A stretch of DNA of 64,000 bases from Azolla caroliniana (lineage: Eukaryota; Plantae; Polypodiophyta): the NCBI GenBank assembly GCA_043228905.1, contig JBHGNT010000007.1, positions 10,912,001 through 10,976,000 on the forward strand, written 5' to 3'. The notes under the pieces were generated by a model. The model worked only from the letters and a program-made list of their open reading frames with translations, did not search any database and was not told the origin of the DNA. Below, in pieces: positions 9,969-22,878 of this stretch (its first letter is position 1; every line of letters starts with the position of its first letter). Both the position numbers and the translations under genes were made by a program.

Positions 9969-12010
9969 ACTTATTTCTCAATAAGCATCACATACCTTTG
10001 TTGAGTTTGCTTCTCAACACCAAGGAGAGAGAGGGTTGTCACATTAGGTAGTTAAGTTGGCCGCGTCGGATAGAGATTTCCTAGATCTCCTCACGTCAGA
10101 CTCACTACCTTACTGCCTATCCGTATGGGACCTTAAAGCACCCATTAATTCCTATGTTCTAGTCCTACGTTATTTACATCTGTTCCTACATAGAGACTCA
10201 ATGTTGGTCTTCACCAGTGTAAGCACCCGTTCTGGCATGTCCGGCTTTGTTTCACTTTGTAGCCGAAAATTCCCATGACATCCACCCCCACCAAACCGCA
10301 CATCCACCGGTATGTGCCAAGAGAGAGAGAGATGGGAATTCGGGTTGTGCAATTATTCTTCCTCCTCTGATCCGTCGACCTCCCGATCATGGTCCGGCTC
10401 CTCTGGTTTGCCGTCCTCGCCCCCGATCTCCAGGTCCGATTCCGCTTCGTGCCGCTTCTTGAAGGCCTTTATCCATTTTCCCGCAACTGGTATCGCTATC
10501 CTCATCTCGTTGAGCTCTACAAGGTGGTACATGGCGTTGTCGTTCGTGCTTGTCACCACATAGGGCCTGAACCATCTCTACGCAAATTTCCATGCTAATT
10601 GTCGAGGCTGTTGTCATAGACCAGCACCCAATCGCCTTCCACGATCTTCCTTGGTTGTAGCTAGTATGTCCGATCAAACTAGTCCTTGTTCCTCTCGCGT
10701 GCAGTGTACAACTTTGCCTTTGCTCGTTCTACGTCCTCCGGCCTCCGCTTGAGCTAGCAGATCCACGCGGCCAACACATCTTCTCTGTTCATCTCCTCCG
10801 TCCAGTCGATCGTGGTCCACGAGGAAATCGTTCGTTCCACTGCAATGATTGACTTTTGCCCAAACATAACCTCCGCCGGAATGTACCCGGTTACTGAACT
10901 GTGCGTAGTTCGGTTCGCCCATAAAGCATAAGGCAAAACTCATGGCCAATTTCTCGCTTGTCCCCCGCATGCCCGTATTAGCGCCTTCATAATCGGCATG
11001 TGCCTGCGCTCTACCTTTCCGTTGGCTTCCGGATTGTATGTAGTAGAGAGAGAAAGCTTCACCCCTAACCGTTTGAACAACTCTTTCGCTCCTTGTACAT
11101 CCAACTCTCCTCGATCGGCCACGATTTTCCCTACACACCCGTACCTGCAAACTACTTCCTTAACTAGCAACCAACACACAACCACGGTAGTCTTATTCGT
11201 CACCGCTCGGCCCTCCATCTGGTTCGTTAGATCCTCCAGTGCAAGCACCAAGTATCGCATTTGCCCTAGCCCCATTGGCATCATCACCAAGTCGACCATC
11301 CACTTGAAGTGTATGGTTGGTGGGTAGGTCGGGTGCAGTTCATCACAGTGTTGGATTCTGTAATGCATACGACAACGCTTGCACGTCATTACGAAATGAT
11401 ACACGTCGCGATACATTCCTGGCCACCAATATCTTCCCTTTAGCTTCTTGAAGGTGGGCCACGTTCCTCGGTGCCCGGATCAGGGGTCGTTGTGAAATTC
11501 CGATAGGAGCATCGACTATTCCTCCTTCCTTGCCAACACCCGGAGTGGTGCGCCGGTCTGCTTCTTCGGATGCTGCCATATCTTGTCGTTCCATAAGATG
11601 AACCGGTAAGCCTTCTTCCAGATCCGGCTCGGTTCATCCTTTGACCATGCTGCATCCGGTACCATCATGCTCAGGAACCTGCCGATTAGCAGCCACTCCC
11701 CCTCGTAGTCATCCTCGTCAAATTGGTTTAGGGCCGGAGTGCCATGTTTGTTTGCCCTCAGTCGGGCCTACTTGAAGAAATGCACGCCGACCTCTTCGTC
11801 TTCCGAAACCATGTCATCCTCATTATCGAACTATGCTCTCGAAAGCATATCGGCCATGGCATTGTCCTTCCCGGAGATGTGCCGTATCTTTGGGTTCAGG
11901 GACTCAATGTACGCGATCCACTAGAGCATCCCCAAGTCTGGTGTCGCGCATCCGGAAACCATGCCAAGAATTGGCAAGCATTCCTTCTCGATTATTATTT
12001 TTGTCCCGAT

Positions 12011-15000
12011 TGTTGAGAGACAGGTCCCTCCGGATGGTGCAGACCCGGTATGAACCGGATGAGGAGTACCTGGCTACAGAGAGCTGGATGGTGCAGACCC
12101 GGTATGAACCGGATGAGGAGTACCCGGCTACGGAGAGCCGAATGGTACAGACCCGGTGAGAACCGGATGAAGAGACATATTCGTAAATATGTTTTCTGAG
12201 AGTCCATCGAGACTATATTTGTAAATAGCCGAAAAGTCATATTAGTATAAATATGACTTAGGGAAAACTTTTAGTTGGTTGGTCATTTTCTTGTTGGTGC
12301 AAGAAGAAGAGAGAGCACGTAACAGTGTACAGACAAAGAGAGAGAGAAAGAGGTCGCTGCCTTTGTTGTAACTGCCATCTGTGGCGAAGATCGTGAGTAC
12401 GAGGTCGTTGCCTCCGTGAACTCACTGTTTTGTACATTCCAACATAGTGATAGTTTGCAGTCTGTGGGCTGCCGTGGTTTTTCCCGTGTTTGAGTTTTCC
12501 ACGTAAACATTCTGTGTACCTTTTCTCTCCTTTGTGTCGCGTGCATTTGCTTCCCGTTTTCTGTGTATGATCCAAAGCTCAGTTGTGGCAGAGCGTTGTG
12601 CATAAGGAGCCTTGAGTTCCCGTCAAGTGGTATCAGAGCAAAACGACACAGAAAATGGACGAACCGTTTGGCGGCATGTTCAAACTCACCGGCTCCAACT
12701 ATTCACTGTGGAAGTCGAAGATGAGAGACATGTTCGTGGTTAAAGATCTTTGGCTACCGGTTCAGTTCGGGGACAAGAGACCGGACAAGATCGACGCCAC
12801 AATATGGGAGGTGATGCACATGAAGACAACGGCGTACATACGGTGCTTCATCGACATGAGCCTATACAACAACTTCAATGAAGAGAGCAAAGCTCATGAG
12901 CTCTGGGAGAAGATCGGCATAATGTTTCAGAACAAAAATGTTGTTAATCAGGTGTCGGTATTCCGGAAGCTAGTAAGACTCCGGTACCAAGATGGCTCCA
13001 GCATGGCGGAGCACATGAATGCCTTCCAGGGGCTGATCCACCAGGCAACTTCATTGGAAGTACCTCTCGCGGATGAGGTACTAGCGCTACTCCTGCTCGG
13101 TTCCCTCCCGGATAGCTGGGAGACGTTGGTTGTCACTTTGGGCAACGCCAGGCCGGAAGGAAAGCGGCTATCCCTAGCAAGAGTAAAGTCGAGCTTGCTA
13201 GATGAGGAGGCACATCGGAAAGACAAAGATACGAGCTCCGACTCCAAAGCGCTCCTTACCGAATCGGAACGCGAAAGACAGAGAAATCGTAGTCCCCAGA
13301 ACCGGGAGAAGTTGGGAACACGGTCAAAGTCAAGGGGGAGGCCTACTTGCTTCTATTGCGGCAAGCCGGGACACTTCCAAAAGAACTGTCGGCATTTCCG
13401 TAAAGACAAGGAAACCGACGGTACCAATTCGAAGCAAACCTCGGACCGGAACGGTAAAGACCGGAGGGGGCCGGACCGGAAGGGAACGACGGCAATCACG
13501 GCAAGTGAAGAAGAGTTGATGCTCATCACCGAGGAGAGGGAAATAAACCTTGCCGGCGACGAGATGACCTGGGTGGTAGACTCCGGAGCGTCGTTCCACC
13601 TTACCCCGGATCGGAAATGCTTCTCATCCTATTCAGCCGGTGATCACGGCTGTGTCCGGATGGGGAATGAAGGAACATGCCGAATTGTTGGCATAGGAGA
13701 CGTGTGGCTGACAACACCAACCGGATGCAAGTTGCTGCTGAAGGATGTCTGACACGTTCCGGAAGTTCGTCTGAACCTGATATCAGCCGGTCGGCTAGAT
13801 GATGAAGGCTACACGGGTAGCATCCGGAACGGTGTCATGAAGTTCAGCAAAGGGAGCCTGATTGTGGTTCAGGCCCGGAAGGTAAACACACTGTACCTGA
13901 TGAATGCCCAGTTATGTCCGGAAGAAGTGAACGTGGCATCCGACACTGCCGGTGAGCTGTGGCACAAGAGGCTGTGTCACATGAGTGAGAAGGGGATGAA
14001 GAGGCTTGCAGACGACAACCTCATTCCAGTGAAGAACGTGCACTTAGAGAAGTGCACTGATTGTCAGGCCGGGAAGCAGAACCGGACCTCCTTCTGACCA
14101 AGGCCACCGATGAGACGTAATGCACCACTGGAATTGGTGCATATGGATGTGTGTCAGGTAGACACAAAGTCACATGCCGGAGCGCAGTACTTCGTGACTT
14201 TCATAGATGACCACAGCCGAAAGCTGTGGGTCACACCGTTGAAGACGAAGGATCAGGTGTTATCCGTCTTCAAAGAGCTCCACACGAGAGTGGAAAGACA
14301 AATCGGCCGGAAGCTGAAGGCGGTTCGAGCAGATAACGGGGGAGAATACCAGGGGCAGTTCGAGGAGTACTGCCGCTCGAAGGGAATCCAGCTCGAATTT
14401 ACCGTGCCGAAGTCGCCGGAACTAAACGGATTGGCCGAGAAGATGAACCGGACCATAATGGAGAGGGTCCGGAGTATGCTAGCGCATGCAAAGCTACCCA
14501 AGAAGTTTTGGGCTGAGGCACTGTCGATGGCGACATACGTGATAAATAGATCACCCTCACTACCCTTGGACGGAGACACGCCACAGAGAGTATGGACCGG
14601 TAAGGAAGTGTCCGACCGGCATCTGAAGGTGTTCGGGTGTCTCACGTATGTGCATGTAGCAAAGGACCGGAGAGGAAAGTTAGATCCAAATACCCGGCCA
14701 TGCATATTCCTCGGTTACGGTGACGATGAGTTCAGCTACCGAGTGTGGGACCCGGTCGACAAGAAGGTATTTCGGAGTCGAGATATTATCTTCATGGAGG
14801 ACAAGACGCTTGCCGACTGGGAGTCGGAGAAGAAGATAATGAACTCCGAGTCGACCGGTAAGGATCGACTCTACGATGAGCAGACCCAACCGGCGAGAGA
14901 CCGCTTAGCACTCGAAGAACCAGCTGGATACGGTGAGGATAGCGAACCGACAGAAGAAGAAGTAGAGGAAGCTGAAACCGGAACCGGCCAAGACCCCGAA

Positions 15001-17433
15001 TTGGATTCGGATGAAGAGCAAATGGAGGAGCCGGTTACCGAAGCCCAAAGACGTAGATATCCTTTCAGAGAGAGAAGGGCCCCCCGGAGATTTTCGGATG
15101 CAGAGCATGTTTTGTTGACCGATGAGGGTGAGCCGGAAAGCTTCAAAGAAGCGAAGGAAGACACCCACAACCGAAAATGGTTAAGTGCCATGCAGGATGA
15201 GATGGATTCCCTGCATGAGAACCATATGTATGAATTGGTGGAGCTGCCAAAAGGAAAGCGGGCACTCCGAAACAAGTGGGTGTACAAGTTGAAACCGGGA
15301 GATGCCGGCAACCCCTTGACATACAAAGCCAGGAGCGTGGTGAAGGGGTTCCAGCAGAAGAAGGGTGTGGACTTCGACGAGATATTTGCCCCGGTAGTAA
15401 AGATGACCTCCATCCGGACGGTGCTGAGTATAGCAGCAAGCATGGACCTCGAGGTAGAGCAGCTAGACGTGAAGACAGCATTCCTTCACGGCGACCTCGA
15501 AGAGGAGATCTACATGCAGCAACCAGAAGGATTCGTGGAGAAAGGGAAGGAGCACATGGTATGCCGGTTGAAGAAGAGCCTGTACGAACTGAAGCAGGCT
15601 CCCCAACAATGGTACCGAAAGTTCGACTCCTTCATGACCGATCAAGGGTACCACAAGATGCAGGCCAATCACTGCGTGTTTGTGAAGAAGCTCGAAGGAG
15701 GGGACTTCTTGATACTCCTCCTGTACGTGGATGACATGTTCATCGTCGGACATGACCAAGTCAAAATACGGATGCTGAAGAAGGCTCTCAACCGGACCTT
15801 CTCAATGAAAGACTTGGGTCCGGCAAGACAAATGTTGGGGATGCATATCATTCGGGACCGGTCAAAGAAGCAATTATGGCTGTCACAGGAGAAGTATGTG
15901 ACAAAGGTGCTTCACTGGTTCAACAGGTCAGAAGCGAAACCGGTCGGATTGACACTTCCGGCAAACTGCAATCTATCCGGTAAGTAGAGCCCGAAGAAGA
16001 AAGCAGAGAAGGCGGATATGATGAAGATTCCATATGCCTCTGCCGTCGGGAGCTTGATGTATGCAATGGTGTGTACCCGATCGGATATAGGATACGCAGT
16101 CGGAGTGGTGAGCCGGTTCATGAGCAGTCCCGACAAGGAACACTGGAACGCGGTCAAATGGATACTCTGGTATTTGAAGGGCACTTCAAACATGTGTCTC
16201 CGATTCGGCTCCGAGAAACCTGAACTTGACGGTTTTACCGATTCGGACATGTCGGCTGATGTGGATTCCAACCGGTCTACATCCGGGTATGTAATGACAT
16301 ATGCAGGGGGAGCTGTTTCGTGGCAGTCAAGGCTGCAGAAGACGGTTGCATTGTCAACCACAGAGGCGGAGTACATGGCGGTTGTGGAAGCCGGCAAGGA
16401 AATATTATGGATGAAGGACTTCATCGGAGAGCTCGGTATCCGGCAAGAGGAATACCGACTCTATTGCGATAGTCAAAGTGCCATCCACCTTGCTAAGAAT
16501 GCGGCCTACCATTCTCGGACGAAGTATATCCAGCGAAGATATCATTGGATCCGGGAAAGAGTAGATGACCAGGAGTTCGCACTGACGAAGATCCACATAG
16601 TCGAGAACGGGTCAGATATGCTGACCAAAGTGCTGACACCCGACAAGCTGAACGCATGCCGAAAGAGGATCGGACTAGTAAGACACCCCATGCTGGAGTG
16701 AAGGGGGAGTTTGTTGAGAGACAGGTCCCTCTGGATGGTGCAGACCCGGTATGAACCGGATGAGGAGTACCCGGCTACGGAGAGCCGGATGGTGCAGACC
16801 TGATATGAACCGGATGAGGAGTACCCGGCTACGGAGAGCCGGATGGTGCAATCCCGGTATGAACTGGATGAGGAGTACCCGGCTACGGAGAGCTGAATGG
16901 TGCAGACCCGATATGAACCGGATGAGGAGTACCCGGCTACAGAGAGCCGAATGGTACAGACCCGGTGAGAACCGGATGAAGAGACATATTCGTAAATATG
17001 TTTTCTGAGAGTCCATCGAGACTATATTTGTAAATAGCCGAAAAGTCATATTAGTATAAATATGACTTAGGGCAAACTTTTAGTTGGTTGGTCATTTCTT
17101 TGTTGGTGCAAGAAGAAGAGAGAGCACGTAACAGTGTACAGAGAGAGGGAGAGAGAAAGAGGTCGCTGCCTCTGTTGTAACCGCCGTCTGTGGCGAAGAT
17201 CGTGAGTACGAGGTCGTTGCCTCCATGAACTCATTGTTTTGTACATTCCAACATAGTGATAGTTTGCAACCTGTGGGCTGTCGTGGTTTTTCCCTCTTTG
17301 GGTTTTCCACGTAAACATTCTGTGTACCTTTTCTCTCCTTTGTGTCGCGTGCATTTGTTTCCCGTTTTCTGTGTATGATCCAAAGCTCGGTTGTGGCCGA
17401 GCGTTGTGCATAAGGAGCCTTGAGTTCCCATCA
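12011..17433 (+). mobile_element. Full-length Ty1/Copia element A1 (LTRs 12011-12625 and 16712-17433)
   Basis: TG...CA LTRs; 5-bp TSD CCGAT (12006-12010 / 17434-17438); iMet PBS TGGTATCAGAGC at 12628-12639; PPT gaagggggag before 16712. Confidence 0.97.
12655..16701 (+). pseudogene. Copia gag-pol of A1, broken by three in-frame stops (13750, 14095, 15985)
   Basis: CFYCGKPGHFQKNC knuckle, WVVDSGAS protease, LWHKRLCH, integrase (FVTFIDD, DNGGEY, NGLAE), RT LYVDD, RNase H ALSTTEAEY; all ORF pieces lie in one frame. Confidence 0.95.
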
Positions 17434-20400
17434 CCGATCAAGTAGTCTTTATCGGCCTTGACCACCGAAACGATACCCAGAGTTCACGTTTAACTTGGGC
17501 GTATCCTCGCTGCTACTCGCTTAGCACCTTCACGCTGAACCGGATGGGAAAATACGTGCCCTCCTCTTCCTAATTGACCACCCACCCGATTCCAATCGGA
17601 CTCGTATCAACCATCACGTAAATCGGGGTGTCCTTCCCATAGAACTGTTTCCAGAGAGCTGGTGCCATAGTCAGCACCTCCTTTAGTCTCCAAACTGCTT
17701 CTGGGTGTTCTTCTTCCAACTTGAACTTCTGACCCTTCTTCAGCAACCCGTAGAGTGGCTCGGCAATGTGCGCGCAGTGTGGATTCCAAATGTGGTAGAA
17801 GACACACGCTTCTAGTAATCTTCGGACTTCCGTGACCGACCTACTTTTCTCCTTCATCGCGGAGATGGCCTCTACCTTCGCCGGAGACGGCTTCAGGCCG
17901 TATGGTCCGCATAGGTGCCCCACTACTAGGATCTCTAATTGTCCGAAAGCCAACTTCTCCCCGGAGAAGGTAAGTTGAGCGCCCTAAGCCTCTGCAGTAT
18001 CTTCTCGTAGTCAAAGATGTGGTCTGCGACAAACTTATGGCATCCGTCCAGCCCAATCGACTCATCCTTCGCTTCCTCCAGACATCGCTTGATCGGGATG
18101 TCGTCCAAGAACAACATGGTGATGTCTGGGATGCAGTCATGTAGAACCTTGTTCACTGCATTCACCATGTGCGCCACCGAGTTAGTCCCTCCTTGCGGTA
18201 GGGTACACATCCGAACGAAGCCGAGAGGGGTTTGCATCGTCGTGATATCCCTACTATCTACGGCTAGTTGGAACTAGTCGTACCCAGAGTATAAATTGTC
18301 GACCGAGTAGATCAACCTTCCGACGAAGGCCTCCACAAACTCATCAATCGTTGGCCCAATTCCTGCATTCCGAATGGTCACTTTGTTGACCGGCTGCAGG
18401 TCCTGGATGAAGCTTAGTGTGCCGTTCTTTGTCGGCACCGTAAACCACCGATTTGAATACGAGGCACTTGATGGCTCGAGGATGCCCATCTCCACTTTCT
18501 GTTTTAGTAGCTCCATCAACCTTGGGATGTGAGCTCTCAGAACAGGAATCAATTTGAGGGTCCAGGGTACGTGCGGTACCATGAAGATCACCATCGGTTC
18601 TACGATCATCGGGTCGACGCACCTGATCTCCCCCAGCGAGAATATGAAGGCCTTCTCGTGCCTTCTGAGCATGCTCTGAAACCGGTCCACCTCCGTTGGC
18701 AGTAGAAAGCCAACCCTACTAATCTTCAGCTCCTGTATTGTCTCGTTAGTGAACAGGTGCCCTATGACGGCCTGATTCTGTAAGCTCAGGTCTGTCGCGA
18801 CCCCTTTCATCCGTTCCTAGTTGTCCTCCGACAAGTGAGCCGCGACTGGCCTCACCTTCCAATCCATACATAGTCTTGCACCTCGTGCTTACTAAGGCCG
18901 TTCGATCCGAGCCGACCATCATTACAAAATCCGTGATGACTTTGTACATTTCGACTGAATCGACATGAATTATCCGGTCTTCACGTAGGTCCTCGTTGGC
19001 CAACCTCTCGATCTCCCCGAGAGTATCTTCGAATGAGTCCGCCTCCATGGCACCATTGATCTCGTCGTCGGAGCCAAAGGCACCACATGCCTTAAAGTGT
19101 CTTTCAACCCGCGTCTTCTAGCAACCATGAATATCGGTTATGGTACAACCTCCATTACCGGAGGACCAAAATTTCCTACTTATAATACAGGTGTGGGGTC
19201 TCGCCTGGGTGTCCAAACTATCGTACTCCCACGCCTTGATAGCCCTCTCTAAAAATCATCTCGGCCTTCATTGCCGAGAGACTCACGATTCCGCTCAAGG
19301 TTCGGTCGCACCATCAAAAATTGGACGAAGTGTCGTCCGTCCTGGTTGTTCACCCTTGTGTATGCCGAACCATTGTCTAGCACATTTGTCTCCATTTGGG
19401 CCACCGTGATATAGGGTTCGCCGAGGATCACCGGATGCGAGGAGGTCTAGACGTCCTTGACCTTTAGTCAGACATTCGGGCTTGCCCCGTGTAGCTTCTC
19501 CATGGTGCGGGCCGCCGCAAATATTTCCACTCGTGGTTGCTCTTGATCGGCCACTTCCCTTTTTTGTAGACGTCCATGGACATTAGGTTGATTTCAGATC
19601 CAGGGTCAATCAAAGCCCCCACCGGCTCTTTCACATCCCCGATCCGGACCAGGGTTTCTGTTGTTTCTCTCACCCAATGCGACCTCATGTATGGCCACCT
19701 CATCGATGTGCGCTACCCTCACCTCCACGGGTTTCTCAAGCTCTGACTCCGTCGAGAGCCGATTTCGCATCACCAGGTCCACGATGCAGTTATGAAATTC
19801 TTTCTTTGCAATCCCTAGTACCTCCCTTAGGGTGAGCTCCACTCAGTAGTCGAGGATTCGTTCCTCGAGGACCTTCTACAGGTCTGCTACTCTCTCTATT
19901 TCCGAGCTCAACCGGAATCCTGGCATTTTCATCTTCTCCTGTGGGCCTACCAAGCCCCTGTCACCTTTCTTCGGCCCGTTCCGGGTCTCATACCGATTCG
20001 AGGGGCCGGCCCCTCCGGTCTTTCCAATCCGTTTATCTTCCACCAAAACCTCGTAGTTCTGGCATGTGGATTCCATGAAGCTGGTTTTCTCTTCTACCGG
20101 ATTGTCCCATCCGGTGCCCTCTTGGACCCGCGTCTATGCGCGGTCCGCCTCTTCCTTTCATAGATAGTTTTACCCAGAAAGGCATTCCAGCACCTGCGGC
20201 CAAAACCCATAGTCTCTTGTCGTCTTGCTATCCTCACCTCCGACACGGATGACAGCCAATGCCAAATAATGGAAGGTTTCCGCATGATGTGCCACAACCT
20301 TCTCCATTACCATTTTCATCCTACCAGGGCCAATATTTACCTACAAGGCCCTCCGTGTATCGTTGGCGTGTACCCGGCCATTCCAAAGGTACACCATGTT

Positions 20401-21164
20401 ACTCTTAAGTGCCTCCACAAAATCGGCACAGTCCCTCTGGATGTGGTCGACAATATCACACCACATGCACTACTGGTCGACCACAAGCCTCCAGTCACGC
20501 GATTGTCCCCCACTATTCTCTGTCCTTGCGCGATCTGGAGATCATGCACCATCTTCGTGAGCTCCTCCAGAGCCGCGCCCCCGGATGGGCCCTTGACCAC
20601 GTCGGTTGGAACCACACCTAACTCGATCCACCTTGGCGTCTTTTCCATCCGAGCCGGAATCGGTTCTTCTAGCCTTTTCCCTGCAGTCGGGCCTGTTGTG
20701 GATGGACTAGCGTCACTCCACTCACGCCGTTTGTTGAAACGGCTACAAACCTTCTTCACCGGGGCCCAATCAGTCGTGAGTCCTTCATCCATCTCTAGCA
20801 GGAGACCCACCTTCTCCCTATCAAGCATGTCTACCGACTTAATGAATAGTAGGACCCGACTTGTATCGAGCATGGTCCGGTCTAGCGCTAAGAGCCGAAC
20901 GAATCATTTTTCGAACACCTGGAGGAGCACCGATGTGTCCCTCCCTTTCCTAGGGCTCTCAACCCACTCCATGAATTCGTGCTTTGACAATCACAGAAAG
21001 TCAGCAACCCCGTATCGTTCAAGGAATCACTCCTCGAACTCCGCCCAATTCCTCCACACCATCTGCACCTCGAGCACCTCCACGTGGATGCTCAACATTG
21101 CCACCTGTGGGAATCCGGAGAGCCACCTGTCTTCCGGAATGCCTAAGAAGGCTACATGCTTTAC

Positions 21165-22878
21165 TCACACTCAGATTGAGGAAGAGGACACGACCATGCA
21201 AGAAGAGGCCGATTCGGCCAAGGATGAGGCGAACGAGGCCTGAATTACGAAAACAACTCGCAATTTCAGCATCAAGACAGAAGCTATCAAGGAACCTTCG
21301 GAAGAAGGGGGAGCTTCCATTCCGGTCTGAGCCGACAAAACTCAGTCGAATGCAGATATTGTGGAAAAATCGTTCACCATGAAGAAGAGTGTCGTAAGAA
21401 GATGTGAGAGTTGGCTTCTACTTCGAAAAGTGCATCTAGTCCGGAAGACATATGGTTCGTCGACTCTGGTGCCTCGAACCATATGACGTCTCATCAAGAA
21501 TGTTTCAAAAGAACTTCAAGAGCCAGACCGGCCCAGCTATGTCAAAACCGGAGACGATACTACGCATCTGATTCAACACATCGGCAATGTCCCATTTGAC
21601 AAAGAAGGTAACCAAACATTTAGTATAAATTTCTTGCATGTATTTTGTCTCTGTCGGCCAAATTGTTGAGCAAGGGATGCAAGTACGATTTAATCAAGGC
21701 GGATGCTTCATCGAAAAAGAGGGCTAACTCATCGTTCGCAGACGAAGAGAGGGCCGAATGTTCATTGTCGACTCGCACGAGATGTAATTGGCCATGTTCG
21801 CAAAGGGCACGAAAGCAGATTCCGAAATAGAGTTATGGCACAAGAGGATTGGCTATATCAACCTCCAAAAGTTCAAGGCAATGCAATCGAAAGGAGTCAT
21901 CATCAGGCTCCCGACATTCACAGAGAAAGAGATTGAAGGCGTGTGTGCAGCTTGCCAATTCCGCAAGCAACATCGGCACCCATTTCTGAAGGAGTGGAAC
22001 GTGAGCAAAGGCGTACTCAACGTAATTCATTCCGATGTATGGGGTTCGGCTCAGATGGCTACATCCAGCAGATGCTGATACTACTTGATCTTCATCGACG
22101 ACTTCTCCAGGCACACCTGGATCTACCCCATGCGGCAAAAGAGCAAAGTGTTCAGACACTTCCAAAAATTTAAGAATGAAGTCGTGAAAGCCACGGGCCG
22201 ACATGTACGATGTCTTCGGTCGGATGGAGGAAAAGAGTACTTCTCCAATGAATTTATGGAGTATCTCTGAAAGGAAGGAATCTGACGAGAATTCTTGTGC
22301 CTACACACACCTCAACAAAACGGTGTAGCTGAACGAAAGAATCGACACATCCTCGAAGTAGCACGGGCCATGATGAACGAAATCGTATTGGGAAGAAGCA
22401 GCTAACACGGTCGTATACCTCATGAATCGGTGTACGACATCGGGTGTGCACGAACATACTCCGCACGAGAAGTTTTTCGGGAAGAAGTTGGATCTATCAC
22501 ATGTTCAGATATTTGGCTCCATTGCATACGAGCACATCCCTGATGAGAAGCGAAACAAGCTTGACCTGAAGTTAGAGAAATGTATCCTCGTAGGATACTC
22601 ACTGGAGAAAAAGGGGTACAAGTGTTATAACCCCTCTGCTCGGAAGGGACGAGTAAGTCAAGACCTCATTTTCGACGAGTCCGCATCTTGGTACGCACCA
22701 GAGACAACTTCGACTCCGATTCTGCTCGACCCGGAATCTGCCGAAATAGAGATAGAAGCCGAAGATCGGCTCATGCGCATGTTCGAAGAAAGCCTAATTA
22801 CGACAAGGCTTACTGGGCCACGAGATCCCCTGAGTGATCAAAGCACATCTTGGCCGAGTCCGAAGCTGGACACCAGGT
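21165..22878 (+). mobile_element. Copia (B/E/F-related) internal fragment: protease, GAG-pre-integrase, integrase
   Basis: WFVDSGASNHMT at ~21455, LWHKRIGY, IHSDVWG, FIDDFSR, LRSDGGKEY, KCILVGYS. Confidence 0.85.

Larger units (their letters stand above)
10037..21160 (-). mobile_element. Degenerate Gypsy element (gag-PR-RT-RH-INT), 5'-truncated and interrupted by Copia A1; 3' LTR 10037-10280
   Basis: Minus strand: gag ~21160-20100; protease ALIDPGSEINLMS ~19620; RT SYSNRWFTVP, LPQGGTNSVAH and FLDD at ~18800-17900; RNase H split at 17434/12010; integrase HFKWMVDLV and YNPEANGKVER at ~11400-10700; PPT-like ggtgggggtgga at 10281-10292; LTR termini TGTCA...TGACA. Confidence 0.85.

Noticed and set aside
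12948-16424. Recurrent antisense ORFs in A1, A2 and A3 (e.g. 14871-15443, 15912-16424, 47450-48016, 48485-48997)
   Set aside because: Shadow frames of GC-rich gag-pol; they recur only because the elements are near-identical, and they have no recognisable domains.
16675-17465. ORFs inside A-family LTRs
   Set aside because: Generated by the 54-bp U3 repeats and microsatellites; no coding signature.
20269-21243. 324-aa plus-strand ORF
   Set aside because: It is the antisense of the Gypsy gag remnant running across a junction into a Copia fragment.
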